A stretch of DNA of 32,000 nt from Nitratidesulfovibrio vulgaris str. Hildenborough (GTDB taxonomy: Bacteria > Desulfobacterota > Desulfovibrionia > Desulfovibrionales > Desulfovibrionaceae), in assembly GCF_000195755.1 (NCBI RefSeq), contig NC_002937.3, positions 1,140,001-1,172,000 on the forward strand, read 5' to 3'. Within the stretch, counting starts at the first letter, position 1; every line of letters starts with the position of its first letter. A model generated the notes under the pieces. That model was not told the DNA's origin. It saw only the letters and a list, made by a program, of their open reading frames with translations, and did not search any database. The translations under genes were made by a program, and so were the position numbers. Of the stretch, positions 18,175 through 25,654 are shown one piece after another.

Positions 18175-18941
18175 GCTGGCGTCCCGTGGCGGAGGATGAT
18201 GTCGGTGACGAGTACGGCGATGGTGAAGGCGATGAAGGCGCAGGCCCACATCCTGTCACCGGGGGCCGTGCTGAAATCATAGAGCCGATGGAACGTGCCC
18301 GCGAAACCGCGCAACCGCATGGCCTGTTGTACCCGTTGCGCCCTGTCCCAGCTGCGGACGAGCACCATGCCTGCGAGGTTGGCATAGGTGGCGTAGGTCC
18401 TCATGTCCGTTCGTGCCACGAAGCCCCGCACCCGTGCTGCCGTGAGCAGCCGACGGTATTCCTGTTCGATGACATGCAGGTAGCGCCATGTGAAGAGCAA
18501 TAGGAGCGACAGTTTGCGGGGGGCACCTATGGCCGCGAGCGCGTGCCCCGTCTCGGTGATGCCGGATGTGGCGGCAAGCCCTATGAGTGCGAGCACGATG
18601 GCGTTGGACTTCAGGGTCACCAGCGCGGCCTCGCGAAGGCCCTCGGCGGTGGCATGCAGCGGCCCGAGGCTCCATACCGTTTCGCCGGGGGTGGCAAAGG
18701 GCAGGAAGAGCCAGAGAAAGAGGATGAACAGATTGATGACGACCAGTCTTCGCACGAGGCGGGGGAGGGGCAGTTGCGCCGCCACGACGGGTACGAGGGC
18801 GAGGGCGAAGGCGCAGAGGGCCATGGGCAGCGAACGCACCGGCGCGACGAGCATGGCGAAGGCGAAGGCGCTGACCACCTTCGCCCGCGGGTCGGCCCGG
18901 TGCAGGTAGCTTGTGCCCTCGCTGAAGGGTTCGTCGAGCAT
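18171..18941 (-). CDS. cbiQ: ECF transporter transmembrane (T) component CbiQ/NikQ
   Basis: MLDEPFSEGTSYLHRADPRAKV... is polytopic and carries the ARxRG coupling motif (AARVRGF, AMRLRGF). Confidence 0.88.
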   Translation of the reverse strand: MLDEPFSEGTSYLHRADPRAKVVSAFAFAMLVAPVRSLPMALCAFALALVPVVAAQLPLPRLVRRLVVINLFILFLWLFLPFATPGETVWSLGPLHATAEGLREAALVTLKSNAIVLALIGLAATSGITETGHALAAIGAPRKLSLLLLFTWRYLHVIEQEYRRLLTAARVRGFVARTDMRTYATYANLAGMVLVRSWDRAQRVQQAMRLRGFAGTFHRLYDFSTAPGDRMWACAFIAFTIAVLVTDIILRHGTPA

Positions 18942-18943
18942 CG

Positions 18944-19558
18944 CTAGCGGGTCGCCTGTGCCGAGAAGTCGAGCACTTCGGGACGAACCTTGTAGAGGAA
19001 CCCGATGACAAGGGCGGTGATGCAGCCCTCGACGACCATGACGGGAAGATGGGCGATGAGCAGCGACTGCGCCGCCGGGATGAAGCCCTCACCGGCAAGA
19101 CCGAGGGACAGGGCGGTGAGCGATGCGGAAAGGAGCACGGAGAGGAAGCCGCAGGCGAAGGCCGCACCCGTGCGCGGCGTGGAGGTGCCCGTGAGCGCCT
19201 TGCGGAAGAGATAGTGGCAGATGACAGGCGGCAGGGCCATGTTGAAGGTGTTCACGCCAAGCACCAGCAGACCGCCGAACTGGAAGAGCAGGGCCTGAAG
19301 CAGCAGGGCCACGAGAATGGCGGGGAAGGCTGCCCAGCCGAGAATCACGCCGATGAGCCCGTTGAGGACGAGATGGGCGCTCACAGGGCCGACAGGCACA
19401 TGGATGAGAGAGGCGACGAAAAAGGCGGCGGCGAGCAGTGCCACGGTCATCACCCTGTCCCAGTCGATGCGCCGCAACCCCAGGGCCGTGCCGGCTGCGG
19501 TAAGTGCTGCCCCGCCCAGCAGGACGGAGGCGGGAAGAACCCCTTCGGAGATGTGCAT
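18944..19558 (-). CDS. cbiM: ECF Ni/Co substrate-capture component CbiM/NikM
   Basis: It has the unprocessed metal-binding N-terminus MHISEGVLP and a conserved HVPVGP...H segment. GAGGAG lies 9 nt upstream of the ATG. Confidence 0.9.
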   Translation of the reverse strand: MHISEGVLPASVLLGGAALTAAGTALGLRRIDWDRVMTVALLAAAFFVASLIHVPVGPVSAHLVLNGLIGVILGWAAFPAILVALLLQALLFQFGGLLVLGVNTFNMALPPVICHYLFRKALTGTSTPRTGAAFACGFLSVLLSASLTALSLGLAGEGFIPAAQSLLIAHLPVMVVEGCITALVIGFLYKVRPEVLDFSAQATR

Positions 19559-19652
19559 GTCGTAGGCTCCTCAGGCTTAAGGCGTCACACTTGCGTGACA
19601 AGGTGCGTCAGCGGTGTCATCCGGGGTAGCAGATGGCACAGGGAGCGTCAAC

Positions 19653-19679
19653 GTGTTACGAATTATTGGTTGATAACAC
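19653..19679 (-). promoter_or_regulatory. NikR-type operator palindrome upstream of cbiM
   Basis: GTGTTAC-N13-ATAACAC on the + strand; on the gene strand it reads GTGTTAT-N13-GTAACAC. The spacer is AT-rich. It abuts a TTGACG -35-like hexamer (19651-19646), about 95 nt upstream of the ATG. Confidence 0.55.
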
Positions 19680-19777
19680 AGTATGGCGAGTGGTGGCCCT
19701 GAGTCGCCCTGTCATCCTGGAGCAGGGGAGGGGGCCGACGTTCAGCGTGGTGGTGGGCGTCTGTGCCGGGGCGGGGG

Positions 19778-20950
19778 TCAGCGTGCCATACGCTCCAGCA
19801 TCCTGAACAGGGCAGGCATGGTTTCAGGATGGCGCACCTGCAACCTGATATGACCGGGGGGCATGCCGGTGATGTTGTCGCATACGCGTACGAGATAGCC
19901 TTCCCCCATGAGCGCCTGACGTGCCGTCTCGGGATGCAGGTGTGGCTGTAGCCGACAGGTCACAAAGCTTGTGCCCTCATGCAGTCCGCCAGCGGCGAAG
20001 GCGCCTGTCGCTTCAAGTGCACAGCGCATGGCCGACCGTGCTGCGCGAAGGCGCGGAAGCCGCGACCTGTACTGCGCGATGTCGCCCAGAAGCCGTGCGC
20101 CGAGTTGTTCGGCGTAGGTGCTGACCATCCACGGGGCGCGAATGGCTGCCAGCCTCTGCAAGAGCGCAGGAGACCCCACGGCATAGCCGCAGCGGATGCC
20201 GGCGCAGTGGAAGAACTTGGTGAGGCTGTGCAACGCCAGAACCTCGCGGTCGGGTCCTGTGGTGTTGCGGTAGACCTGCCACGCATTGGCCTCGTAGGCA
20301 TCTTCGCCCCAGATGAATTCCCGGTAGGTGTTGTCCACGAGGACGATAGGCGAACGCACGGCGGCAAGCAGACCCTCCACCGGGCCGTAGATGGCACCGG
20401 TGGGGTTGTTGGGTGTGCAGAATACGGCGAGGTCGGCGTCTTCAGCGGCGATATCGTCGAGGTCTTCGGCCGTGAAAGTGAAGGGGGACGGTGTCGTTTC
20501 ACTCCATGAGTGTGAGGCCTGAACGCCGCAGGGGGACGGTGTCTTCCCGTACAGCGGGCGCAGGGCGCGGGGTGTCACCACCCGGTACGCGATGTCGAGT
20601 GCGCGGCAGGCCCGTTCGTACTCGCCGAAGAGAGGGCCCAGCAGCAGCACCCTGCGAGGGCGCAAGGCCATGAACGCGAGCCAGATGAGTTCTGCGGAAC
20701 CGTTGCCTGCCAGCACGTGGTCGACGGGCACGTTCTCGTGTGTCGCCACTGCCTCGCGTAAGAGCGAGGCTTCAAGGTCGGGGTAATGCTCGTGCGGGTA
20801 GGGCACCGCCGCCACGTGTGCGGCTGTCAGGTCGGCGCAGAGGATATTGCCGTTGGTGCCAAGGTCGACAACCTGCGAGACGTCGACCCCGAGGGCGCGG
20901 GCAATACGGTAGGCCTCGCCCCCGTGCTCGCCTTGTGCTGGTCCCGTCAT
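19778..20950 (-). CDS. cobD: Class I/II PLP-dependent enzyme, CobD-like (L-threonine-O-3-phosphate decarboxylase / HisC family)
   Basis: N-terminal EHGGE motif, AGNGSAELIW, FCTPNNPTG, and the PLP lysine in LHSLTKFFHCAGIRCGYAVG. ATG 20950 overlaps the upstream stop (ATGA). The CDS call is solid; the CobD function rests on motif resemblance only. Confidence 0.72.
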   Translation of the reverse strand: MTGPAQGEHGGEAYRIARALGVDVSQVVDLGTNGNILCADLTAAHVAAVPYPHEHYPDLEASLLREAVATHENVPVDHVLAGNGSAELIWLAFMALRPRRVLLLGPLFGEYERACRALDIAYRVVTPRALRPLYGKTPSPCGVQASHSWSETTPSPFTFTAEDLDDIAAEDADLAVFCTPNNPTGAIYGPVEGLLAAVRSPIVLVDNTYREFIWGEDAYEANAWQVYRNTTGPDREVLALHSLTKFFHCAGIRCGYAVGSPALLQRLAAIRAPWMVSTYAEQLGARLLGDIAQYRSRLPRLRAARSAMRCALEATGAFAAGGLHEGTSFVTCRLQPHLHPETARQALMGEGYLVRVCDNITGMPPGHIRLQVRHPETMPALFRMLERMAR

Positions 20951-22050
20951 GCCGTGTGCAGCCCTCTGCGTCGCAACAGCTGTGCGTAGATGTCTTCCAG
21001 CGCATCGACCCGCGCATGGATGGTGTAGCGCTCGCCTTCCGCATGGCTGGCCGCAGCCCACGCCTCTCGCGTGGCATGATCCGATGCCATCCGCCCGAGC
21101 GCGGCTGCCAGCGCATCGATGTCGCCTGCGGGAAAGAGAAGGCCATTCCCACGCACGAGTTCAGGTACGCCGCCCACGGCACTGCCGATGACGGGCAGCC
21201 CCATGCGGATGGCCTCCAGCATGGTGTTCGGGAGCGATTCGGTGCGCGACGGCAGAACGAACGCGTCCATGAGCTGCAACATGTCGCTCACTGATTCCGT
21301 ATGCGGCACGAGATGCACCCTGTCCGCAATGCCGAGGGCCTCGCAGCGGGGACGCCACATGTCGTGCGACACGCCGACCATCAGCAACCGTGCCTCGCCG
21401 ACATCGGCGCGGGCGAAGGCGTCGATGAGGATGTCGGCCCCTTTGACGGGGCTGTTCTGTCCCACGAAGCCGAATACCAGTGGCGCGGGGGAGGAGGAAG
21501 ACCATGCGGCCTCTGCACCTCGGGGCGGAAGCCCGACCTGTTCGCGGGCAGTGTCGGCGGGCGTGCGGGGGGTCACACGGGCGTCATCGACACCATTATA
21601 GACGACGAACAGTTTGCCTGCCGGGGTGAAGAGACGCAGCACACGGGCGCAGGCCTGCGAATTGGCGATGAACGCATCCATGCCGGGTGAGATGTAGGGC
21701 AGGGGGTTGCCGGGCCGGTACATCACCCCTCTGTGGGCGCAGCATACAACGCCGCGATGCCGCCAGAACATGCCGTGCCATGCCACGAACTTGACCGCCC
21801 TGTTGTGGAAGGCGTGCACGACGGTCGGGCCATCGGCGGCGAAAAGCGCTTCGATGCTGGCCTTCCAGCGTTTCCTGTCGGCTGGCAGGGTGACGATGAG
21901 GTCGTCGTAGCCCATGCCGTGCATCTGCGAATCCTCGGGCAGGCAGAGCGATACGTGGTGCCCGCGCGTGGCAAGTTCACGGGCCTGATAGAATGCCTGA
22001 CGCGTGCCGCCGCTACGGTTCGTCGACGAGCTTAGGATGATGATACGCAT
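20947..22050 (-). CDS. GT4-family glycosyltransferase
   Basis: MRIIILSSSTNRSGGTRQAFYQARELATRGHHV (GT-B N-domain) and the EX7E region SRTESLPNTMLEAIRMGLPVIGSAVGGVPE. Confidence 0.85.
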   Translation of the reverse strand: MRIIILSSSTNRSGGTRQAFYQARELATRGHHVSLCLPEDSQMHGMGYDDLIVTLPADRKRWKASIEALFAADGPTVVHAFHNRAVKFVAWHGMFWRHRGVVCCAHRGVMYRPGNPLPYISPGMDAFIANSQACARVLRLFTPAGKLFVVYNGVDDARVTPRTPADTAREQVGLPPRGAEAAWSSSSPAPLVFGFVGQNSPVKGADILIDAFARADVGEARLLMVGVSHDMWRPRCEALGIADRVHLVPHTESVSDMLQLMDAFVLPSRTESLPNTMLEAIRMGLPVIGSAVGGVPELVRGNGLLFPAGDIDALAAALGRMASDHATREAWAAASHAEGERYTIHARVDALEDIYAQLLRRRGLHTA

Positions 22051-22059
22051 GGTGTTCAG

Positions 22060-23121
22060 CTATTTGTGACGGGTGTCGATGATGTGTTGCAGCCATGTTT
22101 CGAGTTCACGGGTGCACGTCGTGAGGTCGAAGGTCTGGCGACAGGCCTCGCGGGCGCGTTCGCGCAGGCGCAGCAGGTCCGGGGCGGGCAGGTTCAGGGC
22201 CTCTTCGATGCGTGCGGCGAAGGCTTCGTCGTCAGCGTCACGGGGGAGCATCCAGCGGGTGAGGTCGGCGGGAATGACCTCGCCCACGCCTCCCACATCA
22301 CGGGATAACGGCAGAAGACCGGTCGCCATGCCTTCCAGCAGGGTGTTTGGCAGGCCCTCGCTATGCGAGGCAAGCAAAAAGATGTCCGACTGTTCCAGCA
22401 GCGAGGCCACGTCCGGCCTGAACCCGTGCCATACGACCCTGTCGGCGATGCCGAGAGATGCGGCAAGCTCTTTGAGGCGGGTTTCGGCGGACCCCGTGCC
22501 CACGATGTGGCACTCGAACGGTGTCACGATGCGCGCCAACGCTCGCAACAGCGTGTCGTGTCCCTTGTCGGGGTTGAGTTGCTGCGTTGCGATGAGCCGC
22601 CGCGGGGCGTGGGCGACAAGCGTGTGGTCTGTCGCTGTCTTGCCGTTGAGCACCGTGTGTACGTCTTCCGGGGTGATGTAGGGCAGGCTGCGGGTGAAGC
22701 CTTCGGCGATGAACCGGCAGGGGCACAGGAATGCGGGGCGTATGAGACGGTGCAGAAGGCGCGTTTTCAGCCGGTAGGGGATATCCTCGGGCAGGCCGAT
22801 GCGCTGGATGACCGGTATGCCCATGATGCGGGCTGCAATGCCCGCCGTGGCAAGGTCCTTGCCGACGTTGACGCATACGATGTCTGTCGCGTGGCGGCGG
22901 AATTCGCTCATGAAAAAGGCGATGGCGCGCGGATTGAGGTCGGCACCAAACGAAACCTGACGCCCATGCCCTACGGCCTTGACGGCGGCTTCGACGAACG
23001 CGGGCTGCCTGCCGTAGATGTGCACGTCATGCCCGAAGGAGCAGAGGCGTTCGGCGAACGCCAGCGTCCAGCTTTTTACGCCCCCCCATTTGCGGGTGGC
23101 GTTGACAAAAGCGATGTTCAT
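22060..23121 (-). CDS. GT4-family glycosyltransferase
   Basis: MNIAFVNATRKWGGVKSWTLAFAERLCSFGHDV and the EX7E region SHSEGLPNTLLEGMATGLLPLSRDVGGVGE. Confidence 0.85.
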   Translation of the reverse strand: MNIAFVNATRKWGGVKSWTLAFAERLCSFGHDVHIYGRQPAFVEAAVKAVGHGRQVSFGADLNPRAIAFFMSEFRRHATDIVCVNVGKDLATAGIAARIMGIPVIQRIGLPEDIPYRLKTRLLHRLIRPAFLCPCRFIAEGFTRSLPYITPEDVHTVLNGKTATDHTLVAHAPRRLIATQQLNPDKGHDTLLRALARIVTPFECHIVGTGSAETRLKELAASLGIADRVVWHGFRPDVASLLEQSDIFLLASHSEGLPNTLLEGMATGLLPLSRDVGGVGEVIPADLTRWMLPRDADDEAFAARIEEALNLPAPDLLRLRERAREACRQTFDLTTCTRELETWLQHIIDTRHK

Positions 23122-23246
23122 CGTAGGGAAGTTCCCTTGTTAACGTGTTCCGTCACCTTGGGTGAGGACGTGTTCGTTTGACGCATCAGTGCGGCAGGGA
23201 CGTGCCAGCCGTGTCGTTGTCATGGTCGCCTCGGGGTGCGCCTCGC

Positions 23247-24017
23247 CTACCGTCTGTGGCTGCGCGTCATCTTCACGGCGAATGCCGCAGCCCCGTAGCC
23301 GTTGTCGATGTTGACCACGGCAAGGCCCGGTGCACAGGCGTTGAGCATGGTCAAGATGGCGGATAGACCGCCAAGCCCGGTGCCGTAGCCCACCGATGTC
23401 GGAACGGCGACCACGGGGGCTTTGACCAGTCCCGCCACGATGCCCGGGAGGGTCCCTTCCATGCCTGCCACGACGATGAGCGCCTTGGCTGCGGTGAGGG
23501 CGTCCATATGGGGGGTGAGTCGATGCAGCCCTGCCACACCGACATCAGACACCAGTCCCGCATCGATACCGTTGAAGCGCAGGGTCCCGAGGGCTTCGAA
23601 TGCGACGGGCAGATCCGCAGCCCCTCCCGTGACGACGAGCACTTCGCCTTCGCTGCTGAACGGGGCCGACAGCCTGCGTGGCGGGCTCACGGCAAAAATG
23701 CCAGCTTCGGGCCACCATTCACCGTCGGGCAGCTGCGCCGAAAGCAGTCGTCCCTGTGCCTCGCCGACCCGCGTGACCAGCACCGGGCCTTCTGCCGCAA
23801 GAATCGTCACTGCGTGAAGCAACCGTTCGTCGTCCTTGCCTTCTGCGAGAACGACCTCTCCCATGCCGGTACGGGCCATGCGCTGCATGTCGAGGCACAG
23901 GCCTGCGGGCATGGTGGCGCAATGCGTCTTTTCAGCCTTGCATACCTTCGTGCCGTTACAGGACCCGGTCGGCACGGCAGGCCTTTCGTCCGGGGGCAGT
24001 CGTCCAGAATCAGGCAT
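23247..24017 (-). CDS. larB: LarB-type PurE-like enzyme (pyridinium-3,5-biscarboxylic acid mononucleotide synthase, nickel-pincer cofactor pathway)
   Basis: LDMQRMARTGMGEVVLAEGK in the N-terminal part, and VVAGMEGTLPGIVAGLVKAPVVAVPTSVGYGTGLGGLSAILTMLNACAPGLAVVNIDNGYGAA. ATG 24017 has GGAG 5 nt upstream; the alternative ATG is at 23912. Confidence 0.82.
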   Translation of the reverse strand: MPDSGRLPPDERPAVPTGSCNGTKVCKAEKTHCATMPAGLCLDMQRMARTGMGEVVLAEGKDDERLLHAVTILAAEGPVLVTRVGEAQGRLLSAQLPDGEWWPEAGIFAVSPPRRLSAPFSSEGEVLVVTGGAADLPVAFEALGTLRFNGIDAGLVSDVGVAGLHRLTPHMDALTAAKALIVVAGMEGTLPGIVAGLVKAPVVAVPTSVGYGTGLGGLSAILTMLNACAPGLAVVNIDNGYGAAAFAVKMTRSHRR

Positions 24018-24119
24018 GAAGACTCCGACAGGAGTGATGTCGATGATGACAGAAGCCTATACGGGAGGTCTTGCGCGGGGGTCAAGGCATGTCATGATGC
24101 CATGCGCCCGTCTTTGAAC

Positions 24120-24135
24120 GGCAAGATTGTTGCCA
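24120..24135 (-). promoter_or_regulatory. Sigma54 -24/-12 promoter element (minus-strand reading favoured, facing larB)
   Basis: The minus strand reads TGGCAA-CAATC-TTGCC against the consensus TGGCAC-N5-TTGCW, with correct GG-to-GC spacing. The element is itself palindromic, so the + strand reads CGGCAAGATTGTTGCC, facing the EBP gene. Confidence 0.5.
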
Positions 24136-24160
24136 ACGACTTCGCTTCTGGGTAGTTAGG

Positions 24161-25600
24161 GTGCGTATGTCAGCACGACGCATCCTTTTTCTGGCGCCCG
24201 CCCACGCCGTCACCCGCATCTACCCGCAGTTGCGGGATGCGGGGTATGAGGTCGGGCTTGCCGAAAACCTCAAAGGGGCCTCGGCCTTCATCCGCAAGTC
24301 GGGGCCGGATGTCATCTTCTCCCGTCCTTCGTTGCCGGGCTACAGGGTCGACGACCTGCTTGCCGTGGGTAGCGACGACCCGGCCTTCCCGCCCGTCATC
24401 GTCTTCACCGACCGGGGAACCCCCGAAGAGGCCGAGCAGCTTCTCGCGCTCGGTGCACGTGACTACTGGCTCGAACCGCTGACATTCGAGAAGGTGACGG
24501 CCGCTTTGCCCCGTCCGCGTCGTTCCGCCCCTGCCGCCCCTCCCCAGTCCACGCTGGGCGGGCGCAAGCCCGACCCCTTTCCGCCGGGGGCCCGCATCGT
24601 GGGGTCGCATCCCGCGTTGCGTCGCGTCCTCGGTCTGGCAAGGCAGGTCGCCCCGTCACGCGCCACCGTGCTCATCTCCGGCGAATCCGGGACAGGCAAG
24701 GAGATGTTCGCCCGTTGCCTGCATGGCTGGAGCGATCGCGCTGCGAACCCCTTTGTGGCCGTGAACTGCGCCGCCCTTCCTGAACACCTGCTCGAAAGCG
24801 AGCTCTTCGGTCACGAGCGCGGCGCCTTCACCGGAGCCATTGCCCGCAAGCTAGGGCGGTTCGAACTGGCCAACGGCGGTACCATCCTGCTGGACGAAAT
24901 CTCCGAGATGGATCTTGGCTTGCAGGCGAAGCTGCTGCGGGTGCTGCAAGAAGGCGAGATAGACCGCGTGGGTGGCATGGAGACCGTCAAGGTCGATGTC
25001 CGCGTGCTCGCCACCACCAACCGGGACCTCGAAGAGTGGGTGAAGCAGGGCAAGTTCAGGCAGGACCTCTTCTTCCGGCTCAACGTCATACCCCTGCGGC
25101 TGCCTGCACTGCGCGAGCGCGGGGACGACGTGCTCGAACTGGCCCGTTTCTTCATCGACCTCTATGTACGCGACTACACGCTGCCTGTGCCCTCCCTGTC
25201 GGATGAGGCCATCGCATGGTTGCGTTCCTATGAATGGCCCGGCAATGTACGCGAGCTTCAGAACCTCATGGAGCGCGCCGTGCTGCTTGCCAATGGCGGG
25301 GCCATCACTCCCGGACATTTTCTGCTCGACCCCGATGCATGGCCTCTTTTCGAAGAGTCGTCCGACGCCGGTGACACCGCAGGTGTGCAAGGCGCTCCCG
25401 ACAAGGGCGCACAGGTCGAGGCCGTCAACATTTCGGGCGGGGTCATCCCCCTGCACGAGATGGAGCGCATCATGATTCTCAAGGGGCTGGAGGCCACTTC
25501 CGGCAACCGGACGCAGGCGGCCGAGCTTCTGGGTATTTCCGTGCGTACGCTGCGGAACAAGCTCAACGAGTACCGCAGCATGGGCATAGACGTGGATTGA
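24161..25600 (+). CDS. Sigma54-dependent transcriptional activator (NtrC family) with a degenerate receiver domain
   Basis: AAA+ Walker A GESGTGKE, sigma54-contact loop GAFTGA, Walker B ILLDEI, and C-terminal Fis-type HTH GNRTQAAELLGISVRTLRNKL. The start is GTG 24161 or ATG 24167. Confidence 0.9.
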   Translation: MRMSARRILFLAPAHAVTRIYPQLRDAGYEVGLAENLKGASAFIRKSGPDVIFSRPSLPGYRVDDLLAVGSDDPAFPPVIVFTDRGTPEEAEQLLALGARDYWLEPLTFEKVTAALPRPRRSAPAAPPQSTLGGRKPDPFPPGARIVGSHPALRRVLGLARQVAPSRATVLISGESGTGKEMFARCLHGWSDRAANPFVAVNCAALPEHLLESELFGHERGAFTGAIARKLGRFELANGGTILLDEISEMDLGLQAKLLRVLQEGEIDRVGGMETVKVDVRVLATTNRDLEEWVKQGKFRQDLFFRLNVIPLRLPALRERGDDVLELARFFIDLYVRDYTLPVPSLSDEAIAWLRSYEWPGNVRELQNLMERAVLLANGGAITPGHFLLDPDAWPLFEESSDAGDTAGVQGAPDKGAQVEAVNISGGVIPLHEMERIMILKGLEATSGNRTQAAELLGISVRTLRNKLNEYRSMGIDVD

Positions 25601-25631
25601 CCTTCGGGTCTTTCCCGTCATCGAGACGGCA

Positions 25632-25654
25632 GACCGCCCGTTCGAGGGGCGGTC
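25632..25654 (+). terminator. GC hairpin after the EBP gene, first of a hairpin series
   Basis: GACCGCCC-GTTCGAG-GGGCGGTC lies 32 nt after the stop. No U-tract follows it. Confidence 0.35.

Noticed and set aside
19623-19651. Sigma70 promoter TTGACG-17-TACCCC for cbiM.
   Set aside because: The -35 element is good but the -10 matches only TA. The TGC immediately upstream gives a partial extended -10. This is too weak to annotate and is mentioned only as context for the NikR box.
19559-19777. Cobalamin riboswitch upstream of cbiM, expected for a cobalt transporter next to a CobD-like gene.
   Set aside because: I could not find a B12 box or the conserved GGGAA/GCCACTG-type elements. The space between the likely promoter and the ATG (about 95 nt) is too short. 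A NikR-type palindrome is present instead. This needs cmscan to be definitive.
23196-23209. Sigma54-like TGGCACGTCCCTGC on the minus strand between larB and the first GT gene.
   Set aside because: The GG-to-GC spacing is one nucleotide short of the invariant -24/-12 distance, and the -12 element reads CTGC, not TTGC.
24085-24100. GGCATGTCATGATGCC palindrome, and the TGGCATCATGACATGC reading on the minus strand, as a second sigma54 promoter.
   Set aside because: The spacing is one nucleotide too long for a -24/-12 element. It may still be a protein-binding palindrome (5-bp arms), but that is too weak to call.
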